DNA of 22,951 bases from Chlamydiota bacterium (GTDB taxonomy: Bacteria > Chlamydiota > Chlamydiia > Chlamydiales > SM23-39). A model generated the notes under the pieces. The model worked only from the letters and a program-made list of their open reading frames with translations, did not search any database and had not been told where the DNA came from. Shown in pieces: positions 8,190-16,533 of the stretch (positions are counted from its first letter, which is position 1; every line of letters begins with the position of its first letter). A program made the translations under genes and the position numbers. The DNA is taken from assembly GCA_048498835.1 (NCBI GenBank), contig JBEHXF010000033.1, positions 1 through 22,951 on the forward strand, given 5' to 3'.

Positions 8190-8305
8190 CGGGCTCTCCT
8201 CTTATTTAGTCTAAGCATATCCGGTTTATTAGCCGGTTAAGCTTCCACATAATCGGAATGATTCTAGGAATCAACAAAAATTCCTAAATTACAGTCGTTG
8301 AGTAA

Positions 8306-9049
8306 CTAACAAAACCGACGTAAGATGAAAGATCGTTGAAAATCGGTATCGCTTGTCCATTCTTTGACGAGATTTCTTTCAGCAAGTAACTCGTTTAGGC
8401 GATCTTCAAGTCGGCAAACACGAACACCAAACGGAGATTTACTTTCGATAATCGTCTTTGGGTCTCTTAAAAAAAGAACGTGGCCTGGATAGACGATCAT
8501 ATCAACAGGATTACCTAACTCCTTCAGTTGGATTGCTTTACCGTAGTTTACAAGTTGGCTAGAATTTCGAGGAGTAACTCCGTTTGTTGCTTGAAATAGA
8601 AGACCGGAACAGTCGAGGCCACGAAAAGTCCAAAGAGTTTTAGTCCGTTCATCCAAAGTGGTTTGTGGCGGATAAAAAGTAAGAAGCTCCGGAATGCCAG
8701 CTGCCCAGTTCCCTCCCCAAACATAGGGAGCACCTATCCACTGCTCCATGTTTTCTAAAATGATCTCGCGAGAAGGAAGTTTTAATGGAGCAGGTTTTGG
8801 CGCTTGCTTTGAAATTGTTCCAAAACGACTGTCTATATATAGGTGTGTAGATCCATAGTCTGCCCACTTAATTTGAAAAATCCACTCACTTATTTGTTTT
8901 ACGATCGGGAAAACCATCTGAGGAAGAGCAATAAATTCATAATGGTAAGGATGCCCTGATTCATTGAGGGGTAATGTTTTATGAAAGACCAAACCAAAAT
9001 TAGCTGTATTTAAGACGGGGGTAGGGCGATCAGCGATAAACCATTCCAT
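8306..9049 (-). CDS. NlpC/P60 (C40) family peptidase, probable peptidoglycan-peptide hydrolase
   Basis: IGAPYVWGG...GLDCSGL...PRNSSQL...GHV catalytic motifs; no evident signal peptide. Confidence 0.88.
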   Translation of the reverse strand: MEWFIADRPTPVLNTANFGLVFHKTLPLNESGHPYHYEFIALPQMVFPIVKQISEWIFQIKWADYGSTHLYIDSRFGTISKQAPKPAPLKLPSREIILENMEQWIGAPYVWGGNWAAGIPELLTFYPPQTTLDERTKTLWTFRGLDCSGLLFQATNGVTPRNSSQLVNYGKAIQLKELGNPVDMIVYPGHVLFLRDPKTIIESKSPFGVRVCRLEDRLNELLAERNLVKEWTSDTDFQRSFILRRFC

Positions 9050-9079
9050 GCCTTTAAAAATGAGTCATTTTAAATGAAT

Positions 9080-9108
9080 TTGCAACATAATTGTCCTAGC
9101 AGTACTCT
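9080..9108 (+). promoter_or_regulatory. Putative promoter of oppA
   Basis: TTGCAA-N17-TACTCT, followed by a GAGG RBS. Confidence 0.55.
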
Positions 9109-9129
9109 CATTTCTCGATGAGGTTCTAG

Positions 9130-10746
9130 ATGCGTATTTCCCATTTTCTTCTGTTACTCGCTTTGATGACAAGCTGCCAAAAGCAGGCAGATGTTCCTGT
9201 TCAAGCTCTTAGAATTAATATTGAGCTGGAACCTGCGACCTTTGATCCTCGTAAGGCTCGGGACTTAAACGCTGTAACGATTTGTCGCATGCTATTTGAA
9301 GGTTTAACTCGCGTATCTCAGAATGGATCTCCCGAGTTAGCTGCAGCAAAGGATGTGGAGATTTCGGAAGATGGCCTGCAGTATGTATTTACTCTTCGAG
9401 AAGCGTACTGGTCAAATGGCCAACCCGTTACTTCAACAGATTTTGCGGAGAGCTGGAGAACAATTTTAGATCCTCAATTTCCTACTGACATTGCATATCA
9501 GCTTTACCCGATTAAAAATGGAAGACTTATTAAGCAGGGCGATTTGATTGGTGACTCGTTGGGAATTCAAACCCCTGATCCTTTCACTTTGGTTGTCAAT
9601 TTGGAGCAGCCAACGCCTCATTTTTTAGAGCTTTGCGCGATGTCTTCGTTTTTGCCTGTTCCTCATCGTATTGCTATAGAGAATTCAGATTGGTGCTTGG
9701 ATCCTCAAACCTTTGTTGGAAACGGTCCTTTCCTTTTAAAAGCTTGGGAGCATGCCGATCAAATTCGGGTTATTAAGAATCCAACTTATTGGGATGAAAA
9801 AAGAGTGTTCCTCCAGGCAATTGATCTAATGATGGTGTCGGGCTCTACCGAGATCAGGATGTTTGAAGAATCTAAACTCGACTGGGCTGGTTCACCTCTT
9901 TCGACTCTGCCTGCAGATGCTATTCCTTCTCTGAGAGAAGCTGGTCAACTTAAGGTAAATCCATTGTCAGGGACCTATTTTTATCGAGTGAATACGAATG
10001 ATTTAGTTCAGGGTAAGAAAAACCCTTTATCCCATCCGCTTTTTAGAAAGGCATTGGCCACGACAATTGATCGCGAGTCCATTGTAAAGCATCTATTGCA
10101 AGGTGGGCAAGCGCCAGCTCGTAGTTTAGTACCTCCTGAAATGGGCTTGATTGGCTCGGGATATTTTTATGAAGGTAATGGTGAATCGGCAAGAAGGCTG
10201 TTAGCTGATGCTCTGATGGATTTAGATCTCAATTTAGAAACGATGGAGCCCATTGTCATTAGCTTTAGCGCCTCTGACCGGAATATGGCTATTTCGCAGG
10301 CTGTTCAAAAACAATGGGAAGAGCGACTAGGTATTCCAGTTGATCTTAAACCTATGGAAGCTAAAGTATTCTTTCAGTCAGTGAAGGATAGAAATGTTCA
10401 GTTAGCTGTTGGTTCATGGATAGCTGATTTCAATGACCCGATCAATTTTCTAGAGGTCTTCAAATATCGCGATGGAAGCACCAACAATACAGGTTGGCAG
10501 CACCCTAAATACATTGATCTATTAAATCGCTCTGGATTATGTAGAGATCAAGACGAGAGAAAGCAATTGATGCGCCAAGCGGAAGAGATTCTGATGGACG
10601 AAATGCCCATCATCCCGATCTTCCACTATGCGATTAACTATCTTGAGAGGGAGGGAGTTAAAGATGTAGCTCTATCCCCGATTGGACAGATTGATTTTCG
10701 CTGGGCGAGCATTGATGACGCTGAACCCTCCCGTTCAATGAGATAA
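9130..10746 (+). CDS. oppA: Peptide ABC transporter substrate-binding lipoprotein (family 5, OppA/MppA-like)
   Basis: Lipobox LMTSC; EPATFDP, LFEGL, YVFTLR..WSNGQPVT..DF, GNGPF, WIADFNDP, AEEILMDEMPIIP. Confidence 0.93.
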   Translation: MRISHFLLLLALMTSCQKQADVPVQALRINIELEPATFDPRKARDLNAVTICRMLFEGLTRVSQNGSPELAAAKDVEISEDGLQYVFTLREAYWSNGQPVTSTDFAESWRTILDPQFPTDIAYQLYPIKNGRLIKQGDLIGDSLGIQTPDPFTLVVNLEQPTPHFLELCAMSSFLPVPHRIAIENSDWCLDPQTFVGNGPFLLKAWEHADQIRVIKNPTYWDEKRVFLQAIDLMMVSGSTEIRMFEESKLDWAGSPLSTLPADAIPSLREAGQLKVNPLSGTYFYRVNTNDLVQGKKNPLSHPLFRKALATTIDRESIVKHLLQGGQAPARSLVPPEMGLIGSGYFYEGNGESARRLLADALMDLDLNLETMEPIVISFSASDRNMAISQAVQKQWEERLGIPVDLKPMEAKVFFQSVKDRNVQLAVGSWIADFNDPINFLEVFKYRDGSTNNTGWQHPKYIDLLNRSGLCRDQDERKQLMRQAEEILMDEMPIIPIFHYAINYLEREGVKDVALSPIGQIDFRWASIDDAEPSRSMR

Positions 10747-11151
10747 ATGCGTTTTTTGTGGCTTCTTTTATTTCCTTTTCTAGGGTTTGCTGGAACAAAT
10801 GATGGGACTATTTTGCTATACAACGATTCCCCTTATATCTTGACTGCGACTATCGTCGCATCAGATGGTTCTTATTTAGGACAGTTTTCCATTCAGCCCG
10901 GCCAGCAAAGAAACATTACACAAAACTTAAGTCCTACGCTCTATGTCCGGCCGGGTACTCCCGATATTTCCCAAACGCCTTATTCTGTCATTTGGCAATG
11001 TGCTTCGGATGAATATTATTCGATGTGTACCAATGTTTCTCCTGGAGCTATGGTACGAGCAAACGATTGCCGTGGTTATCGAGTGTGTAAGCCAAAGCAA
11101 GACACGCAAAAACAGCAGCCCCCTGCATCGACTCTTAAGAAAGTTAAGTGA
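10747..11151 (+). CDS. Small exported hypothetical protein with four Cys
   Basis: ATG directly abuts the oppA stop; signal-peptide-like MRFLWLLLFPFLGFA; protein-like composition. Confidence 0.75.
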   Translation: MRFLWLLLFPFLGFAGTNDGTILLYNDSPYILTATIVASDGSYLGQFSIQPGQQRNITQNLSPTLYVRPGTPDISQTPYSVIWQCASDEYYSMCTNVSPGAMVRANDCRGYRVCKPKQDTQKQQPPASTLKKVK

Positions 11152-11665
11152 GATAAATCTGGTGTAGAGGTTGATCCCAAGGATCAATTGGAAGAGGCGT
11201 AGGATGCTGCTGTTCGCAAAACCCAATGCCTATAGTCTTCAAAGAGGAATGGATAAGCCGATCGTAATATCCCATTCCATATCCTAAGCGGTGTCCCTTT
11301 GGATCAAAAGCTAGACCGGGAATGAGGGCTAAAGTAAGAAGATTTGAGTCGATTCGTTCGCATTTATGAGGAATTGGTTCGGAAAATCCTAATTTTCCTT
11401 TTTGCGTCTGCTGGTCGATATCGGTGACACAATATAACTCCAAAGTCCTATCTTGACAGAGTGGGAGCACTAATTGCCCGTTTCTAGCAAGCAAGCGGTT
11501 TAGATCTTGAGTTTCTATTTCATGATTGAATGAGCTAAATGAAAGAACCCACCCTTCGTTAGGAATGAGACGAACAAGAGCATCTGCAGCTGCTTTACGC
11601 CTTTGAGGAGAAAGAGCGGCGCGCAAAGTCCGATAATAAGCGCGTAATTCAGTTTTCTGGGTCAA
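11144..11665 (-). CDS. ygfA: 5-formyltetrahydrofolate cyclo-ligase
   Basis: K.ELR N-terminus, EP, LIPGLAFD..GHRLGYGMGYYDR, WDQP. Start placed at TTG 11665 (AGGA upstream) rather than 11719. Confidence 0.93.
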   Translation of the reverse strand: MTQKTELRAYYRTLRAALSPQRRKAAADALVRLIPNEGWVLSFSSFNHEIETQDLNRLLARNGQLVLPLCQDRTLELYCVTDIDQQTQKGKLGFSEPIPHKCERIDSNLLTLALIPGLAFDPKGHRLGYGMGYYDRLIHSSLKTIGIGFCEQQHPTPLPIDPWDQPLHQIYLT

Positions 11666-12932
11666 CAGGTTTTCCTTTGATGTAGGGGATTTTCCGAATG
11701 AAGATTCCCTGTTCATCATAGAGGGTGGCTAACCCGTTTCCATTCACGATTGAAGAGATGGCGTCTTTTTGGTTTTTCTTATAATAGGTTCCTTTGAGTA
11801 GACGATCTTCTTCATATTCTTCCATATACATCAAGCCGCCATCTCTATACCAAGCAAAGGAAGGACCCATTTTTTTATTGCGAGACAGTTCTCGTTGCGA
11901 CTCAAGTTTTCCGTTGGGATACCAGGTTTTGACAATCCCTGATATGGAATCATCTATCCAAGGAATAGAGATTTTGGGAAGAGGATCTTGAGAGCCTTCT
12001 TCTCTCTCAGCAGATAGATAATAATCGATTTGCTCACCTTGCTTTTTCCCATTTTTGATATGGTGCGAAGATTTAAGTTCTCCGCTGGGAGTAAACTCTT
12101 TCACGATGCCTTCAGGTTTCCCTTTTCTGATTTCAACAATTTGATCGAGAGAAGGGCCGTTGAATATGGCTTGAAATCCCTGCTTATAGCGAACTTGGCA
12201 GATTGGCTCTCCGCTTAGATTAAAATAGTCTGCTTCAACAAGAAGGCCGGATTGATAGGTTTCAGTCCAAGCGGTCTTTTCGCCTGGCCAAAAGCCGAGG
12301 CTTTGACCATGTTTCAGCCCTGCCTGATACTGAGTTTTTGATTTGAGCTGTCCATCGGGCAAATATTCTAAGACTTCACCTTCTAAGAGGTTGTTGTGAT
12401 AAGGTAATTCACGCTGTATTTGGCTGTTCGAATAGAAGTAGAAAGTCTTCCCTTCCATCACCCCTTTTTCATAGGGAATCTCAGCAATGAGTGTTCCCGC
12501 ATCGTCAAATACTTTTGCCACACCATCAAAGAGCCAGTCTTGTTGCGCGCCAGGATTGATATCAGCTGTTCCACCAATGACTGTAGCTTCGATTTTCAGT
12601 TGGCCATTTGGATGCCATTCGCGGTAGCCCCCAAAAGCTCTCATGTCTTGCGTTTCTAGGTATTGCCAGGTCTGCCCATTAGGGTGATAAGTTGTAATTT
12701 TAGCTGTATTTTTTCCCTTTTGACGATAGACGCGGAGGACTTTCTTAAAAGGCTGAGTAGCAAGAAAGTCAACCGATTCAAAGATTTCAAGACGATCAGG
12801 ATTGCTTATGGTTTCGGTCAGGCCATTACGATCTTGAATTTGAATAGATACGAGTGGGCTTTCTCGATCGTCTTGGGATCGACTGCATCCCAAAAGGCAG
12901 AAGAGAGGAAGTAAAAGGTATTGATATTTCAT
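11649..12932 (-). CDS. MORN_2/YwqK-like repeat lipoprotein
   Basis: Lipobox LLGC; many repeats of the G....(Y/W).(P/E)NGQL..E..Y..G type. Confidence 0.85.
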   Translation of the reverse strand: MKYQYLLLPLFCLLGCSRSQDDRESPLVSIQIQDRNGLTETISNPDRLEIFESVDFLATQPFKKVLRVYRQKGKNTAKITTYHPNGQTWQYLETQDMRAFGGYREWHPNGQLKIEATVIGGTADINPGAQQDWLFDGVAKVFDDAGTLIAEIPYEKGVMEGKTFYFYSNSQIQRELPYHNNLLEGEVLEYLPDGQLKSKTQYQAGLKHGQSLGFWPGEKTAWTETYQSGLLVEADYFNLSGEPICQVRYKQGFQAIFNGPSLDQIVEIRKGKPEGIVKEFTPSGELKSSHHIKNGKKQGEQIDYYLSAEREEGSQDPLPKISIPWIDDSISGIVKTWYPNGKLESQRELSRNKKMGPSFAWYRDGGLMYMEEYEEDRLLKGTYYKKNQKDAISSIVNGNGLATLYDEQGIFIRKIPYIKGKPVDPEN

Positions 12933-13585
12933 AGGAATTCTCTCTTTAGTAAGTCGAGATGGATTTCAAAGACTTCGTTTTCTAGGTCTGTTTTTGTTTT
13001 TTTGAGTGTAAAATCGGTGACGACCAGTTGTGGGCGTGCTCCTTTTGAAGATGTTTGGCTGAGCGGTGTTTCTTCAATTAAAGCTAAGAGATTTTTTAGA
13101 TCATCATTGTCCATTTCCACTGGGTGACGCTGTTTTTCGATTGTCTCTTTACACAAGTCTGATATTTGCATCTCTTCTTCGATAAAAGAGAGTCGGTTTT
13201 CCTCGCTTTGGAGAAAATGAAGGCGTTGATTTAAACCATCTTTATTGGGAATAGCAGGATGAGAAAGCCAAGTTTCCAGCCGTTTTTTTTCTGGTTCTAA
13301 AAAAGAGAGCGATTCGATTTCAATGTCTAAATAGTAGGGATCTGGGCGCGTATGCCGTTCTAGAAATTTTTCCTTCCGATTCTTCCGTTCTAACGCGGTT
13401 TTCGCTTTTTTCATGGCGGACGAAAAACGGCTTTGCAGATCGCTAAACGAAGATCGGTTTTGCATTAGGAAAAGTGTAGTGACGAAGGGCGGAAGAGCGA
13501 GAAGCAAAAGAAAAAAAGGGATGCGGATGCGAGTGAAAATAAAGCGACCAAAACGTTCGAACCAAGAGGAGAAATTACGGGACAT
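12929..13585 (-). CDS. Bitopic membrane protein, PilO/GspM-like (inferred)
   Basis: One N-terminal TM segment (IPFFLLLLALPPFVTTLFL), then a coiled-coil-like stretch and an alpha/beta C-domain. Start placed at ATG 13585 (AGGA RBS, short overlap with the upstream gene). Confidence 0.6.
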   Translation of the reverse strand: MSRNFSSWFERFGRFIFTRIRIPFFLLLLALPPFVTTLFLMQNRSSFSDLQSRFSSAMKKAKTALERKNRKEKFLERHTRPDPYYLDIEIESLSFLEPEKKRLETWLSHPAIPNKDGLNQRLHFLQSEENRLSFIEEEMQISDLCKETIEKQRHPVEMDNDDLKNLLALIEETPLSQTSSKGARPQLVVTDFTLKKTKTDLENEVFEIHLDLLKREFL

Positions 13586-15116
13586 GAGGAGTCCTGTTTT
13601 TAAGTGTGAAAGTAGTACGATAGCTATTTGAAAGAGATTCCCAAGCAATTTCTTCGTCTAGATCTATCCAATCGTCGCTAGTTAGAAGCGCTTCATGGAA
13701 TTTGCGAGCAGTCATTGGGCTGCTCACTTGAAATTCGAGTGTCACTTGGGCTGTGTATGGATCCTTTAAAGCCCGCATGCGAGGCATTGAAACTAATTGA
13801 TAGCGGATTTCAGTAATATTCAAAGGATCTCCTGTCTTTGCAAAAGATTGCAACAGAGGATGATTTGAAACCCAATTGAGGACTTCGGTAACGGTCGGAG
13901 CTTGGAGGAGATAAGGCGATTCTTTATCATGTTTATTAATAAGAGATAGCGCTTGCTCGATTCCCTGGTCGATTCCTCCTATGAGGGCTGTTCGGATCAG
14001 TCTTGCATCTGGAATGTTGCGAAGAGAGGAGACCATTTCTTCTTTTTGTTGTTGAATTTGGTGGTAGCCGAAGAAACTAATCGAGGCGCTGCACAGCAAT
14101 GAGGCTAATGCGAGCCCAGTCGCCCACAATCCTGTTCGTTTCCAAGCTTTTCGAGGGACAAATTCACCTTTTAAGAATTGAATAGGTTTTAATTTTTTGG
14201 CGCATAACTCCAGGGCCAGTCCAATTGGTATAGCGCAAGTTCTTTCATCATTTGATAAAGGGATGGATGGTTCAAACAACGTTAGATCGGGACTTGTATT
14301 GAGTAGGTATTCGGCAAGACGTCCAAAGGAATTGATCCGGCCGGTAAAAAAAACTGGTCTTGGGCCGGCGACTTGTTGGAAAGAAAAAAGAACACCCGCA
14401 AGAGTTCTGCGGAGACTGTCGAGTCGTTCGGATAGGTTGGGATTTAGAAGCTGTTTTAATTGAAGCAGATCAATTTGTTTTGCAACTCCATCCACCTCTT
14501 TTTGAAATAAAACTTTTTTTCTGTCTTCCCAAAGAGCAGATAAAAGCGATTCGACACCATGCGGAATCACAAAAGACTTTTTGATTTTACCCTCTTCCAT
14601 CCAGGTGCAAGTCCATTGCTCGGAACCGATGTCGACTAAAAAGGCAGAGGTGAGATTGCTACAGCGGTAAGTTGCAAAAGCGGCTAAAGCTTGAGCGTTC
14701 GCTGTTACAAAATCTGGCTCAACAGAAAGTTTTTTCCATTCCTCTAATTCATCTCGCAAGGTCTGTTTGGGAACAATATAGAGAGTAACTTGGCTTCCCC
14801 CTTCACCAGTTTCTATTTGGGGAACGTAAGTAATATCCTCAATGGATACATGGGTTAGGGATTCGATTTGAAAAGCAAGCCCTTGTTCAATTTGTTTGAT
14901 TGAGGGGATTTTGAGCTCTAGGCTGCGGACTAAAGCGTTAATGCCTGTCGCAAATTCACCCTTCCACTGCGAAATGTAAATCTCTTTTACATCGTCGGCT
15001 GCTGAGGTTAAAGCCGACTTCAGAGATCGAATATGGATCTTCTTTCGCTTGGACTCAATCAGAGCTAAGCGCAAATAAGGGCCATCAAAATGTAAGCCGA
15101 GAACTTCCATAGCCAT
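13575..15116 (-). CDS. PilM-PilN fusion / GspL-like inner-membrane protein
   Basis: Actin-like PilM motifs (VLGLHFDG, LVRSLEL, AQALA, FLVDIGS, VFFTG, AIPIGLAL), an IQFLKGEF linker, a TM helix and a periplasmic domain. Confidence 0.7.
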   Translation of the reverse strand: MAMEVLGLHFDGPYLRLALIESKRKKIHIRSLKSALTSAADDVKEIYISQWKGEFATGINALVRSLELKIPSIKQIEQGLAFQIESLTHVSIEDITYVPQIETGEGGSQVTLYIVPKQTLRDELEEWKKLSVEPDFVTANAQALAAFATYRCSNLTSAFLVDIGSEQWTCTWMEEGKIKKSFVIPHGVESLLSALWEDRKKVLFQKEVDGVAKQIDLLQLKQLLNPNLSERLDSLRRTLAGVLFSFQQVAGPRPVFFTGRINSFGRLAEYLLNTSPDLTLFEPSIPLSNDERTCAIPIGLALELCAKKLKPIQFLKGEFVPRKAWKRTGLWATGLALASLLCSASISFFGYHQIQQQKEEMVSSLRNIPDARLIRTALIGGIDQGIEQALSLINKHDKESPYLLQAPTVTEVLNWVSNHPLLQSFAKTGDPLNITEIRYQLVSMPRMRALKDPYTAQVTLEFQVSSPMTARKFHEALLTSDDWIDLDEEIAWESLSNSYRTTFTLKNRTPHVP

Positions 15117-15203
15117 CTAGTTTTTAGTGCTATATTGTACCCTCTATCCAGATTTCCTTCGAGCAAAGGGATGAGGAAAAAAATTTTTAGCTATGAGAGA
15201 ATG

Positions 15204-15232
15204 TTGAGCCAAATCCCCTGTCGCCTTAGAAT
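15204..15232 (+). promoter_or_regulatory. Putative promoter of yggT-dus
   Basis: TTGAGC-N17-TAGAAT. Confidence 0.55.
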
Positions 15233-15241
15233 AGGTGGCCT

Positions 15242-15508
15242 ATGTTTAGATATTACTTAGCGGATGTGGTCCGCCTCCTCTTCTCTTTTTATACGATGCT
15301 TCTCTTCGTGCGTATAATTTTATCTTGGTTTCCCAATTTGCATCACAAAACTTGGGTTCGATTTATTGCCTTTTATACCGATCCTTTCCTGAATGTGTTC
15401 CGTAGAATACTTCCTCCGTTGGGTGGGGTTTTGGATTTAAGTCCATTATTGGCCTTTTTTGCATTGAAGATCATTCAAATGATCGTCTTGAGGCTTATCC
15501 TCTTATGA
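15242..15508 (+). CDS. yggT: YggT family membrane protein
   Basis: RIILSWFP...TDPFL..FRRILPP.GG.LDLSP signature. Confidence 0.95.
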   Translation: MFRYYLADVVRLLFSFYTMLLFVRIILSWFPNLHHKTWVRFIAFYTDPFLNVFRRILPPLGGVLDLSPLLAFFALKIIQMIVLRLILL

Positions 15509-16533
15509 AATCCAAGCCGTTTAAGCTCGGTTCAGTCGAGCTTCCAAATTCGGTTTTATTTGCCCCGTTAGCAGGATGTTCGGACCTACCTTATCGGCAG
15601 ATGGCTTGTCGTTGGAGGCCGGGCATTGTGTATTGTGAAATGGTGAAAATGGATGCTTTAGTGCGGCATGATCCTCATACCTATCGACTTCTCGACTATA
15701 CAACCGGCATGCATCCCATTGGCGCTCAGCTATGTGGGAGTAAATTAAAATTTGCTGCTACGTCTGCAAAGATCATTGAGGATTTGGGATTTGATGTTCT
15801 CGATCTCAATTGCGGCTGCCCAGTTGATAAAGTGACCAAAGATGGAAGCGGCTCTGGCATGTTAAGAACTCCAGAGCTAATCGGCGATATTTTGGCTGAA
15901 ATGATCGCGACTGTAAAAATTCCTGTAACGGTAAAAATTAGAATTGGTTGGGACGAGCAAAATATTAATGCCGTTCAGATTACTAAAATTGCTGAAGCAG
16001 CTGGGGCCAAGGCCATTACTGTGCATGGGCGAACGCGAGCTCAAGGATATAAAGGGCCTGCAAATTGGGAACATATTCGTGCTTGCAAAGAGGCGGCAAA
16101 AAACATTTTAGTTATTGGAAATGGCGATATTTTTGATGCCGAGAGTGCTGCGCGTATTGTTGAAACCACGGGTTGTGATGCTGTGCTGGTTGCTCGAGGT
16201 GCTATGGGGCAACCTTGGATTGTGGAAGATATTCTCCGACACAGAGAAGGATTGCCTAAAATCGAGAGGACTGTTTTAGACATACGCGATATTCTTCTCG
16301 ATCATTTTGAATTGATTGTTCGTTATCAACCCGAACGCCAGGCTTTACTTGATATGAGACGGGTAGGTTGTTGGTATTTAAAGAAACTGGAGGGAATCAA
16401 AGCTCTCAGAATTCAGATTAATCGATCCTCTTCTACTGCTGAGTCCTTCAAAGCGATTCGAGAATTTCCTTGGCAGGAAGTGGAATTCTCAAAAGAGTTG
16501 GGGATTGTTGGGATGGATATTGATCAGTGCTAA
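15505..16533 (+). CDS. dusB: tRNA-dihydrouridine synthase (DusB/NifR3-like)
   Basis: APLAG, QLCG, DLNCGCP, PVTVKIR.GW, VHGRTR.Q.Y.G.A.W, GNGDI, ARGAMGQPW. Confidence 0.93.
   Translation: MKSKPFKLGSVELPNSVLFAPLAGCSDLPYRQMACRWRPGIVYCEMVKMDALVRHDPHTYRLLDYTTGMHPIGAQLCGSKLKFAATSAKIIEDLGFDVLDLNCGCPVDKVTKDGSGSGMLRTPELIGDILAEMIATVKIPVTVKIRIGWDEQNINAVQITKIAEAAGAKAITVHGRTRAQGYKGPANWEHIRACKEAAKNILVIGNGDIFDAESAARIVETTGCDAVLVARGAMGQPWIVEDILRHREGLPKIERTVLDIRDILLDHFELIVRYQPERQALLDMRRVGCWYLKKLEGIKALRIQINRSSSTAESFKAIREFPWQEVEFSKELGIVGMDIDQC

Noticed and set aside
11666..11719. Longer ygfA start from the ORF track
   Set aside because: It gives a 71-bp overlap and a non-homologous extension; TTG at 11665 has an RBS and matches the family N-terminus.
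11649..12932. Toxin-antitoxin system (YwqK antitoxin label)
   Set aside because: It is a lipoprotein inside a housekeeping-type operon with no adjacent toxin; the repeat fold alone is not diagnostic.
13586..13648. Longer start for the PilO-like gene
   Set aside because: It lies well inside the upstream CDS; ATG 13585 has a better RBS.
13575..15116. FtsA or MreB assignment for the actin-like protein
   Set aside because: The ATP-binding motifs are degenerate, and a TM helix plus periplasmic domain fits PilMN/GspL instead.
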